From sequence record OR836606.1: a DNA stretch of 64,000 nt, one strand, 5' to 3'. The notes beneath the pieces were generated by a model, which ran no database searches, was not told the origin of the DNA, and saw nothing but the letters and a program-made list of their open reading frames with translations. The position numbers and the translations under genes were made by a program. Each line of letters begins with the position of its first letter. Within the stretch, counting starts at the first letter, position 1. Positions 1 to 9,900 of the stretch are shown here, one piece after another.

Positions 1-84
1 CCATTTACACTTAATAATGATGGTTTAAGAACTCTACCACATCTATTTTACAAAAAAGGTTTTTCACGTAAATTTCAAGGTAAA

Positions 85-1596
85 ATGTATTTTAAACCGG
101 GGGAAAGGTATTTATTTGCGCCTTTACAAAATGGTATGTCTAAATTAAAAATAACAGACCGAAAAGGTTTTAATATAATTAATGCTACAGAGAACTATCA
201 ATTTAAAGCACCTACAGCTATATTTGATTTAAGAAAAGCTAATGATGAAGATGTAAGTCATTCTAATCTTGAATCAACAAGATTATCTTCAGTAAGTTTT
301 AATCAAGAAACCGGTTTATATGAAGTTAAAGGAGATATTTTAAGTAAATCTGATAAAGAAGATGAAAATTCTGCATCATTTGTTAAAATAACTTTAGATG
401 ATGAAAATGAAAATCCTAGAATGAATATTAAACGTTTATTAAATTATGATTTCTTTGCATTTAATATGGGGTATTCTACGAACTTTAAAGATAATAATCA
501 CCCTACGGCTAAATTAGTTTATGATATCACATTAACATCAAATACTGGTAAAGTTAAAAAAGTAAAGAATATATTCCCTTCAAATAATAAAAATTATAAC
601 ACACAAGGTCAAAAATCATATCTTAAACATATGATGTACAATATAAAGAATATTAAGAAAATGGAAATAGAAGTTAAATTAACAGATTTCATTGATAATG
701 TTGATCCAAATGAAATAATTCAAGTTAGTTTAGATGAATTTGAAATTGCAGGAGTTAGTCATAAAGAATTCGATAATACATTTATTGTAACTAAGGAAGA
801 TTGGTATAATATCGAGCTAGAATATAATTATTCACTTAAAAATCCAGATGGGTCGGATTATTTCTATGATGAAAGTAGATCAGGAATATATTTTAATCCT
901 ATGATAGTTGCATTGAGATCATATGGTACATTTCCTGTAAAAACTCAAACTTATACTGGATTTTATAATAAAACTTTATCTAAACAATCGTTAGGTAATT
1001 ATGGGTATATTAGTTTCATGGAAGGAACAACTAAATTTGATGATGACGCATTGAACTATGTGTATAGTCAAAACTTTAAATTCCCTAAAAATTACATTAT
1101 GACATTTAAATTAATTAATAAGAATAAAACTGGCGGAGCAGGAATTGTATTCGATTATAATACTCAACTTAATTCAGGTTATATGTTTTGGATATCTTCT
1201 CAACAAGAAAATTGGGATGTTCCTTACTTTGATTTGAATGATGAAGATGTTATGACAGATCCTGACCGTATCATGAAAACTGGTTTCTATGAAATTGATA
1301 AAGTATTTGGAAAACCTAAAGAATTATTCCAAGATGAATCAGAAAAACAATTATTTGTTACTAATCACGTTCCATTGGATATTAATAATAAATATATTAA
1401 AATAATTAAAAATGAAAATAGAATTAGAGTATTCATAGATAAGAATAAAAATTTTAATTACCGTAAACCAGATATCGATATTAAAGATATTGAAAATATC
1501 AATATGGAAGGTAAAATGGGTTTCATTTCTGCATTTTCAGGTTTAGAAGTCCAATTCGATAGTTATTATGAATATAAAGATAAATATGATGACTAA
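85..1596 (+). CDS. Hypothetical 503-aa protein, probably virion-associated; C-terminal beta-sandwich (ConA/lectin-like) domain possible
   Basis: Long ORF from the track; beta-rich C-terminus (AGIVFDY...IKIIKNENRIRVFID...GKMGFIS); followed by a terminator hairpin. Confidence 0.5.
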   Translation: MYFKPGERYLFAPLQNGMSKLKITDRKGFNIINATENYQFKAPTAIFDLRKANDEDVSHSNLESTRLSSVSFNQETGLYEVKGDILSKSDKEDENSASFVKITLDDENENPRMNIKRLLNYDFFAFNMGYSTNFKDNNHPTAKLVYDITLTSNTGKVKKVKNIFPSNNKNYNTQGQKSYLKHMMYNIKNIKKMEIEVKLTDFIDNVDPNEIIQVSLDEFEIAGVSHKEFDNTFIVTKEDWYNIELEYNYSLKNPDGSDYFYDESRSGIYFNPMIVALRSYGTFPVKTQTYTGFYNKTLSKQSLGNYGYISFMEGTTKFDDDALNYVYSQNFKFPKNYIMTFKLINKNKTGGAGIVFDYNTQLNSGYMFWISSQQENWDVPYFDLNDEDVMTDPDRIMKTGFYEIDKVFGKPKELFQDESEKQLFVTNHVPLDINNKYIKIIKNENRIRVFIDKNKNFNYRKPDIDIKDIENINMEGKMGFISAFSGLEVQFDSYYEYKDKYDD

Positions 1597-1609
1597 AAGC
1601 AGTATAATT

Positions 1610-1640
1610 GAGGTAATGACATATAATTTGTCATTACCTC
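1610..1640. terminator. Bidirectional intrinsic terminator between convergent genes
   Basis: GAGGTAATGAC / GTCATTACCTC 11-bp inverted repeat followed by a T-run. Confidence 0.75.
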
Positions 1641-1662
1641 TTATTTTTTGCTAAATCAACTT

Positions 1663-1887
1663 TTATTTCATATTTTTTCTAACTAAATAATCTTTTATTT
1701 CTTTAATGTCATATTTTTTAGATACTTCAAACATAAGTTCTCTAAGTTCTTTTAATTCTTTTTCTAGAGAATATTCTTCTTTATCTTTTAATATATCTTT
1801 TTCTACTTGCTTAGCGAATCTAAGTTGCATTCTTGAATAAAGTTCATCCATAGAAGAACCATTATCATTAAAAATATCTGGATTCAT
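1663..1887 (-). CDS. Small hypothetical coiled-coil protein
   Basis: ORF tightly packed in a minus-strand operon. Confidence 0.65.
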   Translation of the reverse strand: MNPDIFNDNGSSMDELYSRMQLRFAKQVEKDILKDKEEYSLEKELKELRELMFEVSKKYDIKEIKDYLVRKNMK

Positions 1888-1892
1888 AACTG

Positions 1893-2174
1893 TTATTTCC
1901 CTCCATTTTTATATAATAATCTATTATATCGGGATTTTATGCTTCTGTTATTAATTTTTTCTTTAGATAAAGCTTCTTTTAGCTCTTTAATTTTTCTTTC
2001 TTTTTCTTTATTATCTTCAACAACTTTACTAGCCAAAGATAAAGCTTTATCAACTCTATTATTTAAATTATAAAATTTCTCTTCTGCTTTCTTAGTTCTA
2101 GCTATAGTTTTCTTTACCGTATTGATAAATTCTTCTGAACTAATTATTCTTTTAATAGCATTCATATACTTCAT
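1893..2174 (-). CDS. Small hypothetical coiled-coil protein
   Basis: ORF with upstream AAGGA SD. Confidence 0.65.
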   Translation of the reverse strand: MKYMNAIKRIISSEEFINTVKKTIARTKKAEEKFYNLNNRVDKALSLASKVVEDNKEKERKIKELKEALSKEKINNRSIKSRYNRLLYKNGGK

Positions 2175-2178
2175 TCCT

Positions 2179-2454
2179 TTATTTAAGATTATCTCTGATA
2201 AAATTCTTTAAATACTTTTTAGTTACTTCAGAATGTGAATTTAATTCGTTAGAAAGACGAACTAATTCTAGTTTCACTTCATTCAATTTCTTTTCATTAG
2301 TTTGATTAGAACTTTCTATTCTATTAATTAATGTACATATGATATCATTTAAATAATGATAATTATCTTTCATAGTATTTAATTTAATTTCATTCATTCT
2401 AGTACGTTCTTCTAATTCGTCCATACGCTTAATTAAACTTTTTTCATTATTCAA
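2179..2454 (-). CDS. Small hypothetical coiled-coil protein
   Basis: ORF with GAGATGTG SD-like element; C-terminus resembles its neighbours. Confidence 0.65.
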   Translation of the reverse strand: MNNEKSLIKRMDELEERTRMNEIKLNTMKDNYHYLNDIICTLINRIESSNQTNEKKLNEVKLELVRLSNELNSHSEVTKKYLKNFIRDNLK

Positions 2455-2474
2455 AATAAAATCACATCTCTTTA

Positions 2475-2723
2475 TTATTTAAAGTTTTCTTTAACAATTT
2501 CGTTAGACAATTTATTTATATAATCATTCTTAAATTCTGTATGCTTAGAAATTGACACTATTGCTTCTTTAAGAAGTTTATTTTCTTTTTTAAGATTTTC
2601 ATTATATGCATAAAGATTATTTACAGCTTTATTTAATTTTTCAATTTCAAAATTAAGACGATCTAAATTAGCTATGCTCCTAAATTCAATAGTTTTCAAT
2701 TTTTCTTTAATTTCTTTATCCAT
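2475..2723 (-). CDS. Small hypothetical protein (paralogue family)
   Basis: AAGGGGTG SD; ends NEIVKENFK like 3191-3379. Confidence 0.7.
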   Translation of the reverse strand: MDKEIKEKLKTIEFRSIANLDRLNFEIEKLNKAVNNLYAYNENLKKENKLLKEAIVSISKHTEFKNDYINKLSNEIVKENFK

Positions 2724-2735
2724 TTTTAATCACCC

Positions 2736-3191
2736 TTATTTAATTAATTTAAATAAATTACGTCCAAATTCCTTATACTTTTTATTTTCTAATATACTGA
2801 AATCAACTAAGCTGCTATCAACTCTAAGTAAATATATTGAATCATCTTTTTTATTTTTATTATTTAATATAAAACTTCCAAAATAGATATTACCTTCATT
2901 AGGTTTTTCTTTTTTAACGTTTACTGCATTTTCATTAAATTCAAATTTATAAATGAAACCTAGTAATTGTATTGGACCGTTTTTAAATATATGATAATCG
3001 AAATTATTTTCAAATTTATGGTCTTCATTATTAATTTTCTCAATTAATTCATCTTTAATAACTTCATTATAAAAAGATTCATCCACTTGACTTAATGGCC
3101 TTAAATATGATTCTTCATCTACCTTTGGTTCTAACATTTTAATTTTTTGATCTAAAGTTAATTCTTTGGCAATAACTTTTTCATTTGACAT
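2736..3191 (-). CDS. Hypothetical protein
   Basis: AAGGAGA SD; 151-aa ORF. Confidence 0.7.
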   Translation of the reverse strand: MSNEKVIAKELTLDQKIKMLEPKVDEESYLRPLSQVDESFYNEVIKDELIEKINNEDHKFENNFDYHIFKNGPIQLLGFIYKFEFNENAVNVKKEKPNEGNIYFGSFILNNKNKKDDSIYLLRVDSSLVDFSILENKKYKEFGRNLFKLIK

Positions 3192-3379
3192 TATTTTAAA
3201 TTCTCCTTAACAATTTCATTTACTATTTTATTTAATTCCTTTTCATCATAACCACTATTCTTTTTAATATTAATTATAAATTTTTTTAATTCTTTATTTT
3301 CTTCTTTTATCTTATTTGTATAGAAATTATCTATGCTCATGGAAATACCTTTTGAATTTACGTTTATAATTGAAGACAT
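3191..3379 (-). CDS. Small hypothetical protein (paralogue family)
   Basis: AAGGGG SD; ends NEIVKENLK. Confidence 0.7.
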   Translation of the reverse strand: MSSIINVNSKGISMSIDNFYTNKIKEENKELKKFIINIKKNSGYDEKELNKIVNEIVKENLK

Positions 3380-3391
3380 CTTAAATTCCCC

Positions 3392-3655
3392 TTACATGAA
3401 TTTTTTATTTAAATCTTTATAAATTAATTTTTTTAATTCTTTTCTATCATATTTATTTTCTTGATATAGTTTAAAAAGGAAACGATTGAGTTCCCTATTC
3501 TCTTCTTTAAGTTTATTAATCTCATCAATTTTATCTCGCCCTGATAAATTTCTACCTATACTATTTATATTTTTAGAAATATTATTCATTGCTGCTTGTA
3601 AATGATTTTTATTAATTTTACTACTCGCATTATTATTATTATTATTATTATCCAC
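3392..3655 (-). CDS. Small hypothetical protein with poly-Asn N-terminus (paralogue family)
   Basis: AAGGATG SD, GTG start, short AAT trinucleotide run; KLKEENREL motif. Confidence 0.7.
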   Translation of the reverse strand: MDNNNNNNNASSKINKNHLQAAMNNISKNINSIGRNLSGRDKIDEINKLKEENRELNRFLFKLYQENKYDRKELKKLIYKDLNKKFM

Positions 3656-3675
3656 TTATATCATCCTTATACATA

Positions 3676-4884
3676 TTATTGAACTACAATCAAATTCTTT
3701 TTAGCACGAGTGATAGCTGTGTATAATGACTTAAATCTATCTTTACTCATATTTTCACTAAATACTATTACATTATCAAATTCAGAACCTTGAGATTTAT
3801 GAATAGTGATTCCGTATGCAAAATTAAATGGATTTACTTTCATACCAAAATCAGACATCTCAGTTACATATCGTTTCTTAAATATTTTATTAATTTCATT
3901 ATCTCTGTGTCTTAGATCAAATAATTCTTGTTGATCTCCAATAGTGCCTTCAAAAATTAAATCATCATAATATATTCTACTAAATCTTTCCTTTTCAAAA
4001 CCTTTAGGTTTAAAATCCATTTGAGTTGATTTAGTCATAGGTTTTTTCTTACCAGATCTAGTTATATTTCCAATTAGACCGTTAGTTAAATATTGAGTTA
4101 TATCACCTTCATTAACTACTTTAGACCAATTATTTTTTAAACACATAATTTTTTCATCCTCTTTAGGGAATGGATTATTTTCAACATCGATATTTAATAT
4201 TTGACTTCTATAGAATCTATTAAATTGATCTACCGTTCTATTATAGCTCATTAAAACTTGATCTGCATTCTTATACATGTCTAAAGTTAATTCATCTGAA
4301 GTAATTACATGTACATTATCTCCATAAGAACCGTATTCTAAATCTTTACCATTACGAACTAAATTAGCTGCAACAAGTATAGGATTATCTAATGACTGTC
4401 TTACTGGTTCATCTAAGAATATGTCAGGTTTATCTAATAATTCATTTCTTCCTGATAAGCTTTTAAGCTGTGCGGGGTCTCCTAAACAAAGTATAGGTAT
4501 ACCAAAACTTTGAATTTCTTCTATCATCTTCATAGGAACCATTGAAACTTCGTCTATGATTATTAACTTAATATCACTTGGTAACTCATCTTTTAATGTA
4601 AAATTTACTTTACCAGTTTTCTCATCCATAAAATGATTATAAATAGTTCTATGGATTGTAGTTGCATTTAATCCTCTTTTGACTAACACACCTGCAGCCA
4701 TTCCTGTATATGCTATAAAAGAAACATTAGCTTCATGTAAACCTAAAGAATCGATTATTTTAGTCATTGTATAGGACTTCCCACTTCCAGCGATGCCTGA
4801 TAATACAAAAGGTCTATGACTATCATTATTATACCATTCTTTAGCTAATCTTAACCCTTCTTCTTGTTTTTTATTTAACCCCAT
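3676..4884 (-). CDS. dda: Dda/RecD-like SF1B ATP-dependent DNA helicase
   Basis: GIAGSGKS Walker A, DEVSMV, GDPAQL, ITIHKSQGSEFDNV, LYTAITRAKK; GAGGTG SD favours ATG at 4884 over the track start 4902. Confidence 0.9.
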   Translation of the reverse strand: MGLNKKQEEGLRLAKEWYNNDSHRPFVLSGIAGSGKSYTMTKIIDSLGLHEANVSFIAYTGMAAGVLVKRGLNATTIHRTIYNHFMDEKTGKVNFTLKDELPSDIKLIIIDEVSMVPMKMIEEIQSFGIPILCLGDPAQLKSLSGRNELLDKPDIFLDEPVRQSLDNPILVAANLVRNGKDLEYGSYGDNVHVITSDELTLDMYKNADQVLMSYNRTVDQFNRFYRSQILNIDVENNPFPKEDEKIMCLKNNWSKVVNEGDITQYLTNGLIGNITRSGKKKPMTKSTQMDFKPKGFEKERFSRIYYDDLIFEGTIGDQQELFDLRHRDNEINKIFKKRYVTEMSDFGMKVNPFNFAYGITIHKSQGSEFDNVIVFSENMSKDRFKSLYTAITRAKKNLIVVQ

Positions 4885-5228
4885 TATCTTAATACACCTC
4901 AATCAAATTTATTATATTTTTAAACGTCATTGATCTTTAATTAATATAAATTGGTTATTCAGATTTTATAAAATTTTTACTTATAAATTTTTAAAATTCT
5001 GTACTAATATATTACTTATATTAGTAAGTAATTATAAATTTAATAATTAGTATTAATATAAATATTATTAATAAATATATTTTTAATTAATAAAATATAT
5101 TAATACTTTGGATCATAGAAAACTCTAATAATAAAAATTTATAAACTTCAATTAATAATATAAATATATATTATTTTAATGGAGTTAGTAAGAATATTAA
5201 CTTCAAATAATTTTATATAAGGAGAGAT

Positions 5229-6119
5229 TTGGATATGGCAATTACAAGAAAGAAAATTACAAAAGAAAAAGAGGATTTAACTGTATTAGAATCGGCTAAG
5301 ATCAAATTATCAGAGGAACAAGGATATGAGGGAGATACAATTACATTTGATATCGAAACTATTCCAGAGAAATATGACAGAAAGAATTTAGTTTTAATCC
5401 CTGAAGATGATAATGTTATTAAGATTAATTATGATAAAAAAGAAATTTTCATCAATTCAGATGAACTTAAAGATGTTGAAATTAATCTTAAAGATATTCC
5501 AACAGAAAGTTCTTATGATAAAGTAACTGTAACAGCTTCAGGTATAAATCCAGAAAAAGCAAAAGAAATTAAGCAAAAAGAAACTAAGCAAGAAGAAGTT
5601 AAAGAAGAAGTTAAGAATCCAGTATTAAAAGAGAAAAAACAAAGTACAAAAGCTAAATCAAATCAGAAGGTTGGTAAAAAGAAAATGACTAATAAAAAGA
5701 AGAATGTTAAAAAATTCAGTGAGAAATCTTATACTAAAGAAGAACTTATTAACGACTTATTATTAAATCTAGAAGAGAATGAATATTCTAAAAAAGAATT
5801 AAGTGATATTATTAATAAAATTGATGAACTTAGAGAAAATGCATTAGTTAAAGGTAAAACAGTAACTATGAAAAATGTACATTTCTCTCGTAAATTAGTT
5901 AAAGGTCGTATTCATAACGCTAAAATGGAAACAATTAAACAAGCATCATTTGTACCACCTCATATTGCTATGGTAGCTAAAGTGGAAAATGAAGATAAAA
6001 AAGTAATTAAAGGTGAAGAAATTAATAAAGATAACTTTAAAACAGATGATGGTAAAGATATTAAAGTTTCAGATGTCAATGCCAAATATGAAGAAGAATA
6101 CAAAAAACGTTTTAGATAA
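5229..6119 (+). CDS. Two-domain protein: N-terminal beta-rich (Ig-like?) domain plus C-terminal HU/IHF-like DNA-binding domain
   Basis: TKEELINDL...SKKELSDII...ENALVKGKTVTM...FSRK...GRIHN follows the HU pattern; AAGGAG SD (start 5229 or 5235). Confidence 0.55.
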   Translation: MDMAITRKKITKEKEDLTVLESAKIKLSEEQGYEGDTITFDIETIPEKYDRKNLVLIPEDDNVIKINYDKKEIFINSDELKDVEINLKDIPTESSYDKVTVTASGINPEKAKEIKQKETKQEEVKEEVKNPVLKEKKQSTKAKSNQKVGKKKMTNKKKNVKKFSEKSYTKEELINDLLLNLEENEYSKKELSDIINKIDELRENALVKGKTVTMKNVHFSRKLVKGRIHNAKMETIKQASFVPPHIAMVAKVENEDKKVIKGEEINKDNFKTDDGKDIKVSDVNAKYEEEYKKRFR

Positions 6120-6133
6120 GACCAATTAAAAAT

Positions 6134-6802
6134 ATGGGGGAATTGTCAATGAAACATTTTTATAAGAAAAGAGAATCTATTGAATTAGATTTAAAAGCTA
6201 TGTATACAAATCATGTAGATGTAATTTCTCGTTACGATTTTGGTGATGAGGAGTTACATCAAATGGTAGATAGATTCATACCTCAAATAGTTGAAGAAAT
6301 TCATGAATTCAATTATGAAATAAATCAAATTACTAATAATCCTGAATGCAATCAATCTCGAAAGTTTGAATATATTAATAATGCATCAAAAGAATTATTA
6401 GATATTGTCCTTTACTTAATATCTATCAATTCAACATTATTAAGTAAGTATATGGACAATAAATTTCTTCAAAAAGATATTATCAATTATAATGAGACTC
6501 TCCTTTTAGCTAACGATAAAAGTATTAATGATTATAATAGACTTAATGGTATTAAAATGAAATTGAATGAATATTTAGTTGAATATATGGGATTGATTAG
6601 ACGTTCATTACCTAATAGAAAATATCATCAAGATAAAGAAGAAATTAGTCAAGAAGAACAAAATAAAATAGTGAATAATTCATTTTATATCACTCACAAA
6701 ATGATCGTATCTTTATTAGATACATTATTTACTAATTTAGTTTATACTAAAAATCTAGATGATGTATTGAATAAAATACAAGATGTAGTTAAAAATAAAT
6801 AA
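6134..6802 (+). CDS. All-alpha NTP pyrophosphohydrolase (MazG/dimeric dUTPase-like)
   Basis: IVEEIHEF...KELLDIVLYL matches the EExxE...ExxD metal-binding pattern; real start possibly 6149. Confidence 0.6.
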   Translation: MGELSMKHFYKKRESIELDLKAMYTNHVDVISRYDFGDEELHQMVDRFIPQIVEEIHEFNYEINQITNNPECNQSRKFEYINNASKELLDIVLYLISINSTLLSKYMDNKFLQKDIINYNETLLLANDKSINDYNRLNGIKMKLNEYLVEYMGLIRRSLPNRKYHQDKEEISQEEQNKIVNNSFYITHKMIVSLLDTLFTNLVYTKNLDDVLNKIQDVVKNK

Positions 6803-6807
6803 TATTA

Positions 6808-6868
6808 ATTCATCCTAACACATTTAGTCCTTAACTGGATTATTTGTGTTAGGATGAATATTTTATTT
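6808..6868 (+). terminator. Intrinsic terminator
   Basis: ATTCATCCTAACACA / TGTGTTAGGATGAAT 15-bp stem plus long T-run. Confidence 0.8.
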
Positions 6869-6908
6869 TTTTTTTATCTTTTAATTTAATCTATATGATT
6901 CTGATAGA

Positions 6909-6920
6909 AACATATATGTA
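6909..6920 (+). promoter_or_regulatory. AR9-type late promoter (AACA-N6-TA)
   Basis: AACA TATATG TA just upstream of the 1981-aa tail gene. Confidence 0.6.
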
Positions 6921-6954
6921 TTAAGAAAATCATGTTAGGGGGGAATTATGAAAC

Positions 6955-9900
6955 TTGGCTAAAAATAATAAAAATAAAAAGAATATTAGACAATTAGAAA
7001 ATAACAATAAATCAACTGTTATTAAAAATTCTTCTAAAAATACCGGCCGTATTCTTTTTAATGCGTTTATAAAATCTAACCCGTCATTAGATGCTATAGT
7101 GGGAGATTCAGGTTTAAAATTATTTAACAATGATGAAAGAAGATTAAAAAATTTTTCTGAAGTTAAAGGTTCTACTAATGATCTAATAAAAACTTTAAAA
7201 AATAAATCTAATGAAAACGATCTTTTTTCAAGTAGTAATGAAAAATTATCTAATGAAAAACCTGAATATGAATCAGTAACAGAATATATTGATAATCCTG
7301 ATGGAACTAAATCTGAAATTGTTAGTCTGTCAGATAAAAAGAAATCTAAAATAACAAATTCACCTCTAATAGCGATGAATAATTTGGCTGAGATAAATCA
7401 AAGAGGATTTGTTGGAACGAATATTGCAATGAACAATTATTCTCTATCAATACAAGCAACTAATAGCCTTATATATTCAGCCTTATCAAATTTAAGTACA
7501 ATACAAAATGGTATATATCAAAATACTCTAATGGAAGAAAATACTAAAAGAGATAAACAATCTAAATTACAATCCATAATAAATGGAAATATTAGTTTAT
7601 TAAAATATTTAGATGAGAAAACTAATCCTGAAAATTTATTAATGGGTATGATGACCGGAGAACAACTTAAATCAATGTTAATGGGAGTAGCTAAAAACCC
7701 TATTGAATTTGCTGCAACTCAAGGAGCTAAAATTGCATTTAATAAACTTCTATATGGTGATATTGGCGGGTATGATCCTGAAGGTAGTAATAAAAACATA
7801 TTTAACAGATTGAATAAAAGATTTGATCCTCAAAATATAGGATCTATGCTTATTAATAGAAATCTTGTTGAAGATAATAAACTTACTAAAGGTTTAGAAA
7901 GATTAACCGGTAATGATAATAAGTATATATCTAATTTAGGAAATGCTCTTTCAGATAGACTAAATCAATTAAAAGAAGAAGTATTGGGTGACGGTAAGGG
8001 CAGTATTTCTCTAAAAAATAAACGTAAAAAAGATACTCCGGTTCAATTTGATATGGAATCTCATACGTCTATTAATAAAGTTATACCGGACTTCTTATCT
8101 AGAATTCAAGGTAATTTGATAGCTAAAAAAGAAGGTCGTTCAGGCGGATTAGCAGATAATGCTGAATTAGGTAGTATTTATAATTATCGAAAAGGTATTT
8201 GGGAAAATCGAAGATCTGCTAAGAAAAATGCATTAGATGAAATTAAATCAGAATCTTTATTCAATTTTAAAGATACTTATTTAGGTAAAGAATTATTATC
8301 TAAATTAGATAATGATGAAGAAAGAACTAAAGAAGTTTTAACTGAATTAACTAAAATAGACAAACCTATTAAAGAAATTTCTAAACTTAAAGAGATAATT
8401 AATCAAAAAAATATAAATGTTAGCACTGAATCATTATCGGAAGTGTTTGAAAAGAATTCAGCTAAATTCAATACTGATTTATTCAATATTAAGAAATCTA
8501 TTTCAAATACTCTTGATAAAAAAGATAATTCAAGAATAATGTCATTTACTGAAATAGAAGGTTTAAATAAATCTAATTCAACATATTCTAGATCTAACAA
8601 TGATGATGATATTAATCAGATTAAAGATTTTGGCAATATTAACTGGGAAAATAGTGATTTAGAAGAAATTAAAAATATTTTCTTAGAAATAGAAAGAAAA
8701 TTAAATAATGACTTCAGTAGCGGTAATATTAATAATAATAAAGAATTTATTAATAATAAAGTCGATACAATCAATAATATTATAGACAAAGGCAAAATTT
8801 TCTCTGTTTTAAGTGGGAATAATGAATCTCATGCTTCTGTAATGGATAAGTTAAATAGTCTTTCTAATGCAGTTAATAAAGCTAAAGAATATAAAGAAAA
8901 TCCTACAAGTGCTATTAAAGATATAGCCTCTTCCTTAACTAACAGTGTCAGTCTTCCTCAAGAAAACAACCAATTAATGCGAAATAATGAATATCAATAT
9001 CAAAATGTAAATCATCAATCTAGCATTATAGATAATAATCCAGTAATGGATTTAATGAATAATATTCCCGTCTTAAATAGTTTAACGATTAATAACAATG
9101 AAGCTAATAAAGATGCTTACATTAAAGAACCAAGTAAAACTATAGATGATTTAACCAAAGAAGAAAAAGAAAAGAAAGCTAAAAGCACGATAATTGATTT
9201 AGTTAACACTGCTTTTGGTAATGACCCAACTATTAAAAAAGATATGGAAGATTCCCAAGATACTGGAGCTTTAGAAAGAATGAAACAAGGTCTTTCAACT
9301 GCTGATGCTGGAAAACTTGGAGAAAATGTTATGTCTACAATGACTGGGTCTAGTAAGAAAGAAATTGCTGAATCTATTAGAGGTAATATAAACTTTGGAA
9401 AAGGCGGAGAAGCTGAGAAATCTATTGGCACTAAAAAGATGATGAACGGAATGCTTGATTTTAGTAAAATGGGACCAGTTTTATTTGCTGGAACTTCTGC
9501 AGCTGTATTAGGTTCATTAATGAAAGGTAGAAATAGTAAGAAAGATTTAGAAGTCAGTGAAAAAGGATTTTTATCATCTGCTGGAGGATTTTTAGGTAAC
9601 GCCGCTATGCTAGGTGCTGGAGGATTCTTGGCTGCTAAATTTGGTCCTAAACTATTATCTAAATTATTACCGGGTGGAGTAGGTAAATTCTTCACTAGTA
9701 TGCCTGGTATGTTAGGTAAAATAGGCGGCGGAATTAAAAATATAGCTGGGAAATTTGGATTAGGAAAATTATTTAGAGGTATTAAAGGTGCTCCTAAAAA
9801 AATAGGTAACGTATTTAAAGGTATTGGAAAATTTGCTAAAGATAAACTACCTACTGTTAAGTCTTTAGGTAAAATGGTTATAGGTAAAGGTGCAGGATTG

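Noticed and set aside
3629-3649. (ATT)7 microsatellite as a phase-variation switch
   Set aside because: A trinucleotide repeat only changes the poly-Asn length and cannot shift the frame
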